This document shows positions 22,171-37,265 of a stretch of DNA of 64,000 nt, piece by piece. The notes below the pieces were generated by a model that was given only the letters and a program-made list of their open reading frames with translations, had not been told where the DNA came from and did not search any database. Source of the DNA: Lytechinus pictus (Eukaryota); NCBI RefSeq assembly GCF_037042905.1, contig NC_087249.1, forward strand, positions 9,984,001 through 10,048,000, in the 5' to 3' direction. Each line of letters starts with the position of its first letter. Position 1 is the first letter of the stretch. A program made the translations under genes and the position numbers.

Positions 22171-24360
22171 ACTTAAGATTCCATATTGTTAATTAATGAC
22201 CAGTCTTGTTATTGTATTTATTGAAATATTTTGCAACTATCTTAATTTTTGTGGTATTGTGATATTGCTTTTAAAGATATTAAGAATCCTTATCCCAATT
22301 CGATTCATTTTTTTCTGTCAGCGATTTTCGCTTCCCAAACGTTTCTTGGATTGATTGCTCTGCCATAGTGCACAGCAACAGCTTTGAATAGCCATTTCCC
22401 ACCACTCGCGTCCGGCGTCCAGGCTTTGTCAGCAGTTTGGCGCGAAGGTAAAGAGCAAGTGAATGTTATAAATAATGTGTAAGCATTTACTATAAGTATA
22501 GGACAAACGGTCAATTGTTGGAAAATTAAGTCAGGATATTGTCTCAGAAAATTATGTCAGCAGCTAGCAGCATCCTTAATGAGCTGCAAAAAGATTAATT
22601 CAGCAATTCAAGGTCCAAGATAATTGATTAAAAAATGTCATTTTTTAGTTTTCACTTCAGCAGATTTGAATGAGGTTGACAAGTAGAATATCTTTCTACA
22701 GAGTTGTATTGCTTATGCCTTATGGAGCAGAACTTCCATATTTTTTTAGTGATTTTGTTTTATCATTTGCCTTATTGATGAAAACCTTCAGATTTTCAAT
22801 TATTAGTTCAAAAAGGTTTTCCATTTCTCTTCATTTAGGCAAATTTTATTTACAAGGATTCATTCCCCAACTCAATGGCCACTCTCGTACCACAATTTAT
22901 CCATCACATTGCAAATTTGCGATGCTCCATGCAATACGCGGCATTTGTTGAGTTTTACAGTAAGTTGGGGCAATGAACTACAAAATGACAAAGGCCTATT
23001 ATCGAGATGAAAATGGAAATTGACATTTGATTGATCAAGTTTATAAAAGACTTTCCTACTTTTGGATATGTATTGATGGGGCTACATGTATTGTACATGT
23101 AAATGTATTGATGACAATTTTAGAAGTTACCATATCTTCAAATTAATTCTAACTCCACTTGTTTGTAATAAATTACACTGTACTACCCTGTATACCACAT
23201 TACTATTGAAAAGAAGAAGGAAAAATCTCATTGATTTTCCTATGTAAGTTTGCATATTGTTCAATTCACAATATTTCTTTATGCATTTTTTGTGGGGGAG
23301 GGAGTATTCTTATGAATGAGTATTGAGTTTAATGGCCAAAGCGGCATTCTGGGAACTATTCATTAGTTTCTAGTATACACCACAGGAAATAAAGCAGAAA
23401 AACAAAATTGGGGGCTCCGGGCCATTTTGCCCCGAAATTTTCAAAAGAGCCATGGAAAATCTCCATTCATTGCAATGTTATAGTTTATCTAATGTTGCAG
23501 AAGTACGGTAGGCATTAAGTTGTACCCCCCCTCAAAAGAAAAAATGCTTGGTATACATACTTGTGTACAAAGGGAATCGAGGCGGAATTAGGGAACCAAC
23601 GTGTGTGATTAATGGTGTGCTTCTCAAATTCATGATATATTACAATGTAATGCCAGATTTGAATTCCACATGATCTTTTTATTTCCTGCAAACATTTAAT
23701 TTGTCTACTTGGAAATATACTGTAGGGGCCTATTTGGTTTCATATCCTGCAAGAATAGGGGTTTTTCCCTTTGGGTTTTCTTCAATAGGGTACTCTCCTA
23801 CACTTGTGGGAATGAACAGTTCCGTTTGGAGCTGATCAAAAATTACACACAGGACCTATATTTACATTCTCCTAATAGTGTATATTACACCATTACAAAT
23901 TATTAATAAACCAGTCAATACAACTCAAAAGGAACTGTGGTCTAATAATAGACAGGCATGGAATAATTGTGTTTCTCTTTTTTTTAAAGCATTTCTAGTG
24001 GTAAGAGAAACTTGTACATTCCTGTACTTGTACGTAAAGAAATTGCTATAGAAGAGAGAATTTTATGGCAGTCATAAAAAATAGTATTTTGTGATGCATT
24101 ATTCCGTGGGCAGGTGAAAAATACAGAGTTAAACATTGAAATAAAATGCAGCCTGAAATGGTTCTGCAAGTATTGCATTATTTCTGAATAGTTTTTATAT
24201 GATGTAATAAAACAGTAAATTTGAAATAGAAGTTTAATATTCCCAGGGATTTTACATTCTGCAACATGTGATTTCTTTGATTAACATTGTATAGTTATGT
24301 AGACTGCCATTGAAGTGCATCATAGACTAAAGGCATTAATGTAGGCCTGCAGTGTACAAC

Positions 24361-24420
24361 TGCATAGTGTAGTACAACTATGCACAGTGTAGTACAACTA
24401 TGCACAGTGTAGTACAACTA
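24361..24420 (+). repeat. 20-bp tandem repeat x3 (TGCACAGTGTAGTACAACTA)
   Basis: Read directly. Confidence 0.9.
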
Positions 24421-26182
24421 ATAATATGCAAAATTGAAGAAAACAGTGTTCATACTACATGTAATTTTAAAATGAATGGGAAAGAAAGAGAAAGAAGAAA
24501 ATACAGGAGCTATGTAATAATGGCAGCCATTGCAATTTGACTTCAAAATGAAATCATTTTTTTATTCTAAAAGCCCTTTTTCCTATTGAAATTTTTATGT
24601 TCATGTTCACCTGGTTTTAAGATCGTTCATGACAACCTAGCTGTACTGCCTTGCAGGATTGTTTTCTGACATAGCAACAAGTACTTTGTCCGGAATTAAT
24701 GCTATTGCACTTTTTTGTTCATTTTATGATAATTCAGTTGAATGCCTCATATGATCTACATGTATGTGCACAGGGAAAAAAACCCACTCTTTTTGACAAT
24801 ATAGCATTAATCCGAACATAATTTTTTTTTTCTCAGTAATAAGTGAGAATCAATGTATTTTCCACATGGAAGCAGGATGTGAATCTTAATAGTTCTACAT
24901 ACATGTATATGTAGGCATCAATCAAGTTTCTGACATAACAGATTACACAAGTGAGATACATACATGTGTATTGCACCATGGAGTGTCATAACGATTCCAT
25001 AAGTGGTTTGCATTCGTTCAGTAATCAGCACATGTATGCTAGTTTGGTTTAAAAAAAATTAGAGATTGAGATTGATGAAAAATTGAGTACACAAGAGCTA
25101 CAGAAATCAGATAAAAATTATTATGTTAACTTAATCAGATTAATTTAGTCTTTGAATTTTTTTTTTGTATCTTGAAATCAAATTAGAATCTCTGATGTTA
25201 AAAAAAAAGCTCGACAAAGAATCACTACTTTTATTTTGATGTGGGTGTCTGTTTTTCTTGATTTATGGAGATGTTGATACAAATAAAATGTTATCTTTTG
25301 ATATAAATATAAAGAGTTTTACATACTGTACAGTGTAATGTATGATGTTTTTGGCTTTGAACAAATGACAACAATCAACTGGTAGGCACAAGCCTTTGGT
25401 TTATAACTTTATTCAAACAGACAAGTGAGCTGAATTTCAAGCCTATCAGGGGCTGACTGGATCTGTACATGTATCACCTGCTTGTTGCATAATTGGCATG
25501 AGTGAATTGAAACTTGTGCTAGACTTGTTTTATGACCTACATGTTGGTTAAAGTGTCAGTTATCTGTGAGTAGACAAAGATACCAAATACAAGTAGTGCA
25601 GATACAACATAATTTGGACCAGTTTGCTAATTTTTGACTCAGAGATTACAGCCTTTTACAGGCAAAGGTAATTTGTGAAAGATCATTTACGTACATTGTA
25701 GGATGTCATAAAAATCTTAGTCTCGTTTATTTTAATCTCTGAAGTCTGAACCTACCATTTACCAGTGATATTTTTTTAAACCATTGTTGGACCCAGTTAC
25801 ATCAAAGGTATACAATTATTATTGACAATTGATCTACATGTATGTGTTCAGACATGCAGTTATATGTCTCAGGGTCTTTACCTTTGATAGTTTAGAAATG
25901 ATTACATTACAAAATTAGACTTCAACCTTACATGTGGCAGTGTAGTTATGTACACTACACTTTATATGTGTTATTCTGCTGACTTTTAAGTTGTTCAACC
26001 ACAAACTCTGCAGAATCCATTATTACCACTGAAGATGTGATGAGTTATTTCCTGAAGATGAGAAAAACTCTGGTGTTACATACAATCATACATTACAAAC
26101 TTTTTGACAAATTCACAATAAAACTTTTTTAATAGTATAATTTCATTTTAATCAAAGCCAAGGGTTGAAAGAAATACTCAAT

Positions 26183-26634
26183 AGGTGGTTTCAAACCGCC
26201 TCGATCACAAGAATCCCTGTTAAATTACGAGATCCTTTTCAGGCAAAAAAATAGCCGTTAATTATTTTCACATTCACACCGCCCCGAACATGCCCTCTGG
26301 GATATGTTCCTGAAGTTACGAGCATGTGCAGTGTGGTCTGATAAGCAGGCAAGGCACGAGATCCAAAATCACTAGCTCAGCAGCCACCCACGGCATCCGC
26401 GCCCAACTAAAAAAAGTTCCAGTAATTTGCTTTCACGCTGCCAAAATACCTGCGACCTTGAAAAAATCCTGCGAAAGTTCAACTACCTACATGTACTATT
26501 TAGCAGGTATTTTCTTTCAGGGATATTACGCGTTGATTTGCTTTCACACTGCTAAATTTACCTGGTATTTTCTGATCAGGGCAAATTTCCCGATCTGGAA
26601 AAATGACGAACGCCGGGGCGGTCTGAAACCACCT
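26183..26634 (+). mobile_element. MITE family E copy 1 (AGGTGGTTTCA termini, AAT TSD)
   Basis: TIR AGGTGGTTTCAAACCGCC...GGCGGTCTGAAACCACCT; collinear with the copy at 44413. Confidence 0.88.
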
Positions 26635-26794
26635 ACATGTAATATACATGTACATGTAACTTGTAAGGAAAATTCCCTGCAAACTGGGTCTGACTTGTTT
26701 ACTTGTTGTTTTTCGACTCTTCTTTATCCGGGTTGGCCACTTCAGCTGTTTTTTATTTGATCTTCCAACAGGCCTGGCATACATGTTTGTTTAA

Positions 26795-28818
26795 AGGACA
26801 AGTCCATCCAAATAAAAAGTTGATTTGAATAAAGGGAAAAGTGAGGGACATCATTGACTCTCATAATTTGCATATCACTGAGTTGTACATGTAACTGTTT
26901 TATGAAAAATAATATTAAGTGGAACTAAAAAATGTCATAACACAAATTTCCTATTTTACATCTGATTTTGATGAAATTTTGATATTTCTCTTACATGTAG
27001 GCCTGACTTGAAACGGATATTTCAATATTCGGATACCCGACACTGAAAACCGGACGGCGGACGGGTATCCGAAATTTTACCCTGAAATATAAAAAATAAT
27101 ATCCATTTGCACTTATTTGAGTTATAATTAAGATTTTCAGTTATATTTGAGTTTTGAACCTATCCGATGATGGCGAGAGTCAGCGTGCGCTAATTAAAAT
27201 ATTTCTGAAAACCACGAAATTAGGAGAAGCTGAATATTTTGGGTTGAATCTGTTTTGCAATCGGATTTGACTAATGTGAGTTAACGTGAGGCTACGGCTA
27301 CAAATGTAGATCGTATGACTGTAAGCTATTAGTAAATGACTATTATTTGAGTTATACAAGTCGGGCCTAGTTACGATCCCATTTAATGGTTGCGAGAGTA
27401 TGTGTGTTTATTTTTTAGTTCCGATCGAATGAAATAAGATGCAATTAATTTGACCGAGGCGAGTGTAAGTGCGAGTCTACTATTACTAAAAGTCTAAAAC
27501 CAGACAGGCCTAGATCATTCAGCTCACGCACGTGCTGTCCTGTCTGGACGTGTCTGAAGTGAATCATCCGATATATATTTGGTCACATTTCACTCGCTAC
27601 ACCTTCAAATGGGATCGTACTTGGAATATTTTCATTTTCATGTCGGGTTTCTCCCCATTCCCCAAATTATAGCCAAGCTTCTCATTTCTCAACTTGTGAA
27701 ACATAATCACACTTCTAACAAAGATTCAAGACAAGATTTAATCACAGTAACAGTAACTAATCACTTACATTCATCACCAGTAAGTTTTACTGCAAAACAC
27801 GTCGATTCACAACCGACCACATACTCGGCGGGCTCACATCATAAACCTTTCTGGCACGATACTGCCTTTTAAGTATTGTTGTTTACGACAATGGACAGTT
27901 TCATTCTAATTAATCATTATTAATGACAGTTCAAGAAAGAAAAGGGATGATTTATTATTTCGGATTTGATAAATAAATCAAAGAAAGAAAATAAAACGGC
28001 CAATCAACATGTATTTGCATTTACATGATTTCAAAATTATCTTCATTCTTCATTCATATCGAAAGTAGATGTGAGAAAAAAGTACTGAAAATGAATATTT
28101 TGTTACGCATTTCAATTTAAATAAATTACAAAAAACAACATGACACACCAACGAACATTCATTCGACGTTTTCATAGTTTAAAAAATAATCATCTTCATT
28201 TGTAACGAAAGTTGCCGTGAGAAAAAGTAGAATTCATTTTGTATTTGATGAATAAATTACAAGAAACAACATGACACATCCGAGTAACCCGATCAACATT
28301 TATTTGACACTTAAATGGTTTCAAATTATCTTCATTCTTCACTCGCATTGAAAGTCGAGGTAAGAAAATATACGATGAGTTACGTATTTGAAATCATCAA
28401 AACATAAGACGGGAAAGAAAAACGATCTTAAGCGACACCAAAGTAAAATCGCCATCGTTGTCAGAACGGAACTTTACTCCATTCACGGACGGTCATGCTC
28501 CAAAACTGATATAAGGTCATGTTTCAAAACTGATATAAAAACGATAGTTTTCGGCGGGAATATATTACTGAAGAAGATTAATTGATATTGGTGATTATAT
28601 TGGCGACTAAAAGTTATAAATTTTGTTGGTGAGTCTTACTAAATTTAATAAGTTTTTGTGACAGGAAAGTGGTGAATCAGTGTCCACGGATACCCGAACC
28701 CGAAAAATGAAAACCGTTATCCGTCCACGCGGGCGGAAACCGTTCGGATATCCGTTTGGTGGCAGCATTAATTTCTCTATCGATTCAAATCAACAATTTT
28801 CTGGGATGGACTTAACAT
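26795..28818. mobile_element. Family C copy 2 (internally deleted), split by a hAT-like insertion
   Basis: ttaa|AGGACAAGTCCA start; family C sequence resumes at 28771. Confidence 0.72.
26998..28770. mobile_element. Non-autonomous hAT-like element with CGGATA subterminal motifs
   Basis: 8-bp TSD ATTTCTCT (26984-26991 and 28771-28778), imperfect 22-bp TIRs ending AAACGGATA, CpG-rich ends. Confidence 0.78.
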
Positions 28819-29466
28819 TTATCTATGTTCAGAATTTGAGTGAGAACTTGTTTGGGCCCAAATTGTTCGATGTCTATCCATTGATGCTATTGACCTTTGG
28901 TGCCTTTAACCCATTTCATACTGGGACTGGATGGTACATGTACATGTGTAAAGTCTATGGGAAATGCTGAATTCGGTAGTCCATGGGTTGAGCCTGTTAA
29001 TACCGACTTGTTTTGAAATGTATGAAAATTAGATGTAAATTATGTACCATAGTTGTTACTACACGTACTAGTAGATTATTAACCAGGCAGCCAGGCTAAT
29101 AACTGCAGTTGACTGGTGTCTGAATTTGTGGATGAAAGCAATTTTATGAACAAAAGTCAAGTCATTGTACTGATCTATGGAAATATGACTGTATCATTAT
29201 TTCTGAGTCAAATCTTTCTGATCTGCAGTTTTCTGTAACCATACAGTCATCTAACTTCCAGGAAGTTGATAGAGGCAGTTCAGGGATAATTCTTGGAAAA
29301 AATGTAGCCATTCAGAAATTGTATTATATTGAATCCAGATCCTAAGAAGTTTGCACTGTATCATCATCATCATGCTTGGCACATCAGGCATGTTGGGAAA
29401 ACAGTATTTATATTCTTGTTCCTATAGATCTCTTATTTTATACATGTACATGCAGGCAACTATTAA

Positions 29467-30067
29467 AGGTCAAGTCTACCCCAGCAAAATGTTGATTTGA
29501 ATAAATAGAGAAAAATCAAACTAGCATAACACTGAAAATTTCATCAAAATCGGATGTAAAATAAGAAAGTTATGGCATTTTAAAGTTTCGCTAATTTTTC
29601 ACAAAACAGTGATATGCACAACTCAGTGACATGCGTATGTGTCGGTCGATGATGTCCGTCACTCACTATTTCTTTTGTTTTTTATTGTTTGAATTATACA
29701 ATATTTCATTTTTACAGATATGACCATAGGGACCGATTTGACTGAATCATATAGTACATGTATTAAGCAATGCTAATATCACGTGTGAAGGGAGGAATTA
29801 ATCACTCTTTCACTTGACAATGAGGAGAAAATTAAAATATTTCATATAATAAAATACAAAAGAAATAGTGAGTGGATGACGTCATCAGTCTCCTCATTTG
29901 CATACCAACCAGGATGTGCATATAACTGTTTTGTGAAATTAAGCGAAACTTTAAAATGTCATAACTTTCTTATTTTACATCCGATTTTGATGAAATTTTC
30001 AGTGTTATGCTTGTTGGATTTTTCTCTTTTTAATCAAATCAATTTTTTGTTGGAGTGGACTTGTCCT
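29467..30067. mobile_element. Family C copy 3 (complete)
   Basis: ttaa|AGGTCAAGTC...GACTTGTCCT|ttaa. Confidence 0.88.
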
Positions 30068-30653
30068 TTAAAACAAACTTTGATCCTTTAAAAAAAAATC
30101 ATTATTAGCTGGGCCAATACACCTTGTACACAATACAGGATGTGGTATGTTACTGTTATTATTGTAGGAGGTTGAATGTGCAACATTCTTACCGTTGCTC
30201 GTGAACGTACTATGTACACGGCCTACTTCATACATGTACAGGTGACATCGCAATACAATTCAATTCATTGCATTTTAAAATGTACATGTAGCAAGGCAAA
30301 TGCGCACTGCTGCTGCAGACGTGATACGCACTTGAACCACAGAGTTATTCTGATTTTTGCTTTCAATAATTCTTTCCTCATTTTCCTAGATTAACGTAGG
30401 GATTATTATTGTTGGTACATATTTTCGCTAACTTCCAAGATCTTATGTACAGTACGACACAAAAAGTGAATATTATTTGTGCAATGGTACAACATTTTGC
30501 ATTTGATGAAAGAGAGAGAGACACTATTCAATTCAGCTACACCTCTTTGAATAGAGAATTTCTTTTTCTCCTCATGTGGAATCTTGAACTGTCACACTCA
30601 TGCCTATTTTGCTACTTATAAGTTATAAATATAATTGTTTGTAGGCCAACATT

Positions 30654-32763
30654 TTAAGGATGAATGCCAGTTGTTGTAACAATCTCAAAATGAGCTCGAA
30701 AACAGAATCCAATAAAATGACCACCAAAGTGTTTGTACAAATAAAAAAAATATGTGACAAATGGCTTTGGAAGAAAATGAATTGCTGAGAAATAAGCAAA
30801 ATAAACACAGGATTCCATCAAATGTAAGATAATTTTCCAGGCAATATTGATACACTGTCCCACATTTGCTTTTCTATGTTAGTGATCATATTATCATAAG
30901 TGTCAGTTTTCAACTAAGATTTCAGGATTTCACAATGTAAAGTCTCTGTTTATGTACCAGATCTAGATCCGTAGTGTATTATTAGGATTAAGCTTAATTT
31001 TAAAGACTTTTCATGAAATAATTGTTTGCTCCCACTACAATCTTTTACCAGTAGGGGAGACCGGGGTTAGTTGGAACATGGGGTAAGTTGAAACATTGTA
31101 ATTTTCTCTAACGTCTTTAAATAAATTTCTGCAATACTGCCCTCAATTTATTGTCATCATCAACAGCCATCCACCATATTACATATAACACATATGCAAC
31201 AAGCCTGGTGAAGTTAGAAACAAATTTTTGTTTTTTGACCTTCTGAGTAATTTTTTTCTTGTTCAGAAAAGTTCGATTATCTCTGAGAAGTTTATAGATC
31301 AAGTTGGCCAGTTTGGGGGTATAATAGACACTTATACCAAGCTACAAAATGAGGTTATTGATATGCCATGGTGAAGTCCCTTTTTTGTGCTGTAGGCTTA
31401 TAAACGTCAAATGGGCCTCCGGGGTTAGTTGGAACAAAGTTGAAGGGGCTAGTTGGAACATGTTCCAACTTACCCCAAACATAATTATGAATAAGAATAT
31501 TGGATTTGATGAAAAAAAATATATAAAGTATTTCACACTCTTTTGAACATGTATTGTATACCATGCTTGTTTTGTTTATCAGTTAGGTCTGAGTGTGCAT
31601 TTAAGGCCTATTGTAGGCACCTAATGCAATATTAACCCTTATCAAAATGGGGGGGGGGGTGTCAATTTGAGCCCCCCCCCTCGAGAAATTTCGTCACTAC
31701 GCTGTCGCACAAAATTTTTTACTACACTGCTAGCTGACTTTTTACTTTCAAGTCTTGCGCATCATTTGAGACCAAATTTGCGATGCCTGTGTGCGCGATT
31801 TCAAAATTACCCAACAAATTGTACGTGCATGTTCGGACCCAAAATAGTTCAAAAACGTGATTCCATGTACAAGGTCAATGCAAATTGTGTTTTTCAACCA
31901 AAAGTCATAAATGTATGATTAATTTTTTTATTTTTGCTGGTTCAAATAGATTAATTTTATGCTATTTATGATCGCAAAAGACTCCCGACAAAGTCCATCG
32001 GAAAAAACAAAGGTTTGAAAAAACAAAAATACAAATAAAAGAAAAAAAATCCATAAGAAATTGTATTTTTTGCATTTTTTGGTGGATATTTGTTTTGTGA
32101 AAATTGATACTCTCACCAAAAATTAGCATTCTACTAGCTTAATAATTATAGAGTTAAAGGTAAAAACTATAAAAAAAAAATATATAGGGAAAATTTTATA
32201 TGCTTATTTGCATAATTAATTATGAAAACAATATAAACAATTAATTTTTGTCTTATAAATTTGATGCAGAAGTACATGAAATTGCTGATAGTACACTTAA
32301 TTGTATGTAAACTCAGATGCACCCAAATATTCGGAATTCTACTACACAGTCTGCTTGTGTGAGTGGCTGTATAAAAGAAAACATAAAGTTCAACGAACCC
32401 ACACTTTAATATTTTGAACTTGAATAAGATAAAGCAAATAGGCTAAAACCATGTAATATTACAGTTTTAAGTAGTTTTAGTATAATTCTTAATTGACCAT
32501 CCAGTGTTCCAACTTAATACCCCATACCATGTTCCAACTTACCCCGATATGGGGGTAAGTTGGAACGTTTGCGATGGTCTTGTTAAAGGTGGATTTTTTC
32601 AATAACCATAATAGAGTTAAAAATTTTATGGGGTACATTTGAAGCCCTACAATATATGCTTCAAGCTGATATACTGATTGTTTCTCGAGTAAAGTCTATT
32701 TGTATTTTACCGCTATTTTTGTCAAAAATGTTCCAACTAACCCCGGTCTCCCCTACCTTTTAA
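30654..32763 (-). mobile_element. Family B Kolobok-like MITE carrying two nested insertions
   Basis: TTAA at both ends; 30680-31047 is the reverse complement of family B. Confidence 0.65.
31051..32756. mobile_element. TA-flanked non-autonomous DNA transposon (pogo/Tc1-like), containing the piggyBac-like MITE at 31636
   Basis: Perfect TIR GTAGGGGAGACCGGGGTTAGTTGGAACA; internal repeats of GGG.TAAGTTGGAAC. Confidence 0.85.
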
Positions 32764-33021
32764 ATAACATCATGTTGTCTTGTGTAGTGTTTGCACATCC
32801 ATGGGCATTGTCTTGTTCAGAATCCATGGATTAAACAGGCTGAGCAGTAGGCCATGACAATTTATTAGAGATCTATTTGTTTCTTCACTTTTTAACAGAG
32901 ATCCTTGCCCTAAAACCACATACATCAAATCTTCACCCCAAAATCATGATTCATTTCCTTTAGTTCTTCTCCCTTTTCGCTTTATTGATTCATTGTCAGT
33001 GTTTGTCACCGAGGGAATGTT

Positions 33022-33412
33022 AGACACCGTTCTCATTATACTTTCTAAAACTGGTTTACTGGAAATCTGTTCTGGAAACTAGTTTGGAAGATCGCTTTGC
33101 TAGCGTTCTCAGTTGATCAGCCGAAAGTGGCTTTCAATCCCATTTCACGTAAAAATTTGTAGACATTCTACACACAGTGTGTGGAGGAGTGTGCTCAAAA
33201 TATGCAAAGATTGCTTCCCGAAGAACGGTTGTGTCCTCACTTACGCTAAAAACTGGTTTAAAGAGGCAAAGTGATCTTCAAAACTACATCGCAATGTGGT
33301 TTTTGAACCGGTTTGGAAGATCGCTTCCAAGACCGCTTCGACTGTTCTCACTACACGTTAAACTAGTTTCCACTATAAAACTATTTTTAGGACGGTAGTG
33401 AGAACGGTGTCT
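33022..33412. mobile_element. MITE with AGACACCGTTCTCA TIRs
   Basis: TAGACACCGTTCTCA...TGAGAACGGTGTCTA; TSD reads as TA or a degenerate ANT. Confidence 0.8.
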
Positions 33413-34206
33413 ACTTATACTCTGTGCAATGAACGATGCTGTTCACACTGCTTTTTAAAGGAATAGGAGATCGGTTCCCAGGAACACAAAACTTTATGAT
33501 TGATATTGTGAGGGTGATAAGCAATGTAGATGTAAGATATATTACCAGGGGGGAAAAACACATACAGTACACCAAGTTTCTTGGTTAAAATGTCCTCACC
33601 CAACCCCCCCCCCCTTCCCTCATGAGCCCAGTCCTGTAAACTACATGTACAAGAGTGCCATAGAATGTAGCAAATTTTGGCTGAAGAACTAAAAAGTAAC
33701 CATGAAAATTGTTTGTTTGTGTTATTGATTGTACATGTACATGTACTGATCAATTGATTTGAGTGCTATAAAAGGAAAACACAGACCAATCATTATTTTG
33801 TTATGAGCACTTTGGGTTAATACAGGATGCAGGAGGTCATTTTGATGCAGTATTTCAATTTCAATGATTCATATAAATTTTAAATAGGTCAACATATTTT
33901 TATGTTTGCTGATTATTATAAGATGGTATTATAAATTGAAATTGAAAAAAAAAACATGCACGGTTAAATACATGTAGGCCTATATGTTGGCCTACATGTA
34001 CTCTGTAATGATTAGGCCTACATGTATGTTGCGTTTTTGAAAGGAAAATTCCTTCATTGTTGACAAAATGCTTGCAGTATGCCCTGTCATTTTTTCAAAT
34101 TCATTGGAATCTTTAATAACAAGATTTTCCTTATTGAGCACTGTATATTTTGAATACATTTATACTGTACATAAGCCTACAGCACTTACATGTACAATGT
34201 ATCAAT

Positions 34207-34845
34207 AGCGCGTTTTCGCCCAGCGTCGTACGACGCTATCTACGACGTAGAACGATCTCTTGGTTCGTGCGTCCGTCGCGCTCAACTCTCGCTTGTAAGC
34301 AGTTTCGCAAATCGCTGAACGCGGCCGGATCGACCGCCAACATATGCATTGTATATGTTCCTACTATGTGCACACAACTGGCAGTGCCATGTGTCTTGCA
34401 GTCGCGTCGTCGACCGAGCCATGCAACGGCTTTTCAATCATATTTCAATAATCATACTCGTTTAAACTTCTACTGTAACATTTTGAAATTATACTTAGCT
34501 TGATTTTAGTATAATTGAAATGGTACTCACCGAAAAACTCGCATTCGAGTCCATGTTTTGAAGCTTTCAGCTATCAGTGTAGTCAGAGTAGAGTACAACA
34601 TGTGCATGCACGCGATGGGCGAATGTGTTTACATCGGCTCAGCTTGCTCGCTCTACAAGCGATCTGATTGGCTGTTGACGGCTGTTGACAAATCCTACGT
34701 TCTAATGCGGACGCCCGCTAATTTGCGGAAGAACCGTCCGTGATTTGAGCTCAAGAACGCTCGGGCCTCTGTTTCCATGGAAGTTGGCGATTTTTGCACA
34801 CGACCCTTACGTTCTACGTCGTACGACGCTGGGCGAAAACGCGCT
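34207..34845. mobile_element. Young CpG-rich MITE, 639 bp
   Basis: Perfect 29-bp TIR AGCGCGTTTTCGCCCAGCGTCGTACGACG, AAT TSD. Confidence 0.92.
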
Positions 34846-37004
34846 AATATTGCTTGTGAACTTCTTACATATTCATGGAGCTCACATTGAGGTCTGCGCA
34901 CTTTGGTATCTTTGATTACATTTCATGATAGAGGGTCATCAATGTGTACACCAATGCCTGAGGTATCTGTTTGCAGTCATGGAAGCATTCTGCCATATCA
35001 GGTTGATAAGAACTAGATACCCTCTTCAACTCATGACCTCCTCCTATCCCCACACATGATGATCCACGTGTGTGATGGTATCTATCCAAACTCCTTTAAC
35101 ACAACAGTATATCAATCAGTTAAAGAGTAGTACAGGTAAATTTGCAGCAAACAATTATTTCTTTGAAAAAGTCTTTTGAATCAAGGTTAATTGATTTTAT
35201 CAGATCTGGTGCATTAAACAAAAAATTTAACTGCGAAATCATGAAATCTTACCTGAAAACTGCTAACTCTGAACTCTGAGGATCACTAACATGGAAAAGC
35301 ATATAATAATATTGCTTGGAAAAAGGCCTGACTTTTGATGGAATTCTGTGCTTATTTTGCTCATTTCTCAGTAATCACATATTTTCTTCCAGAGCCATTT
35401 ATGTACAAGTTACACAAAAGGGTATTCAATACTTGTTTCTACTTGAACTCATTTTGAGATTGTTAATAGAACTTATATAACTGAAAGTGTACAGTGTACT
35501 ACACCTTCACAAAGTTATTGTACTCTGTAGATTGTATGTTAATTGCCTCTTTGTTGCCCAGTGTGGCCTGATTATTCACTCCAAGCAACTCTATTATTTA
35601 GAAATACATGTAAGTTTAAAATTTGATAAAATTTAGATAATGTCTTGATGAAAATGTACATTTGTATAAACATCACCATGTTATTTTCCAATGTGAGATT
35701 GCATTCTGTGTGTGCACTCTTGCTCAGATTTGAAATGAGCTACATTTTATGTACAGTACATGTACATGTTGGCATGTGTCGATTACAGTGAAATTAAACT
35801 TAGGTATGAAAGTAAATCTCTGAAATTCCGATAAATTTGGTACATGTCACCTTAAACAGGAAATCAGTTAATTTTCATTCCAGATATCTAGCTACTTAGT
35901 CAAGAGAAACACTAAAATCGCCATGGCAATGATGTATGTTGAATAGGCTTTGAAATGAGCCAAAATAAACACAATGAGTTGGATGGAGTTCACAAACTTT
36001 GGCCCATGGGCGATTCAGGTGTAAACACAATCATGGTTACAAACTGCATGTCATATTTGAGTCATCAACTTGGCCGTCAAAATAGCAACTGCTGTGCCTT
36101 ACGAAGAGCATATTGCCCATAGATGAACCATCCCCCCATTGCAGTTCTTATCTAGATCCTACATGTAAGACACTCATTTTACCTTTATAGTTCATGTACA
36201 ATGGATATGTTGATTCACAAGGTTTCATAGTCTGCAGGCACAGACCCTGGCATAATGCAGAGTCTGAAGTATTGAGACTAGATACACTACTGGTATGTAC
36301 TGTACACGTACAGTGTGGCTGGATCTACCAGAGACAGACTTTGGAGTCTACATGTAGTCTTCACTCTAGACATCACGATTATAGTGTCAAATATGAGTTT
36401 GTTTGCAGACTACCAATTTCATTCATCTCCATTGGTTGTTAAATTTTGTTTGATGGAATTGTATTGCACCCCCCACCATCCCTCAAGCAGCACTGCCCTT
36501 CTCACGTCAATCTCTATTGGGGTGAGATGTGAATAGAGGTGAAAAATGGATATGTGATTTATGTCTGAACCCCACGCTCTCTCATAGTATACATGTAGCT
36601 GCAGCCCCTCTTACATTCTTTCTTCTGGTTTGAAATTGAATCAATTTTCGATGGAAAACCTATATTGCAGGATTGTAGTACCCCCTTTCCACCCTTTTTA
36701 ATATTTCATGTGTTGCTGCTCATATTTTAACCTTCCCTTCCAGTGATGAAGTGTTCAAGGTAAAGGTGTACGATGTTGACTGATTTGTAATCTCATGGTT
36801 TGTCTGATTTCCTACCTGTGGTGCAATAAAGGTAGTCTGCAACCACAGACTCAAATTCGACACTTTAGCCATAAAAGAGCCGGGTTATTTGGACCCCTCT
36901 CACAGCCGGGGGGGGGCGGATTTTGCCCTCCTAAGATCTTGGCCTTCGATCGTGCCAGTGCTGTGAAAATTTGCAGAGTGGTAGATTCTGATATAATAAT
37001 AATA

Positions 37005-37265
37005 TGCAACATTTATTTAGCGCTTCATACGATGTTTCTACATGTAAGTGCTGCATTTACCCCGGCTATAGCACGGCTACCCTGATCAGGCACTCAAGCA
37101 TTCAAGGAATTCCTTCAAACCGTGTACCCATTTACTACACCTGGGTGGAGATTGGCAAATGTAGATAAATGCCTTGGAAAAGGACGCGAGTGCAATGGTG
37201 GGATTCGAACCCCGGACCTTGTGGTTCAAAGTCTAGAGGCTTATCCTCTGAGCCACAACACCTCT
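37005..37265 (-). mobile_element. tRNA-derived SINE; related copies at ~47590-47697 (partial) and ~62305-62530
   Basis: Minus-strand A-box-like TGGCTCAGAGG and B-box GGTTCGAATCC; body shared among copies. Confidence 0.82.

Noticed and set aside
37195..37265. tRNA gene on the minus strand (also ~18285, ~47630, ~62470)
   Set aside because: A/B boxes are present but there is no clean cloverleaf, and each is fused to a shared SINE body.
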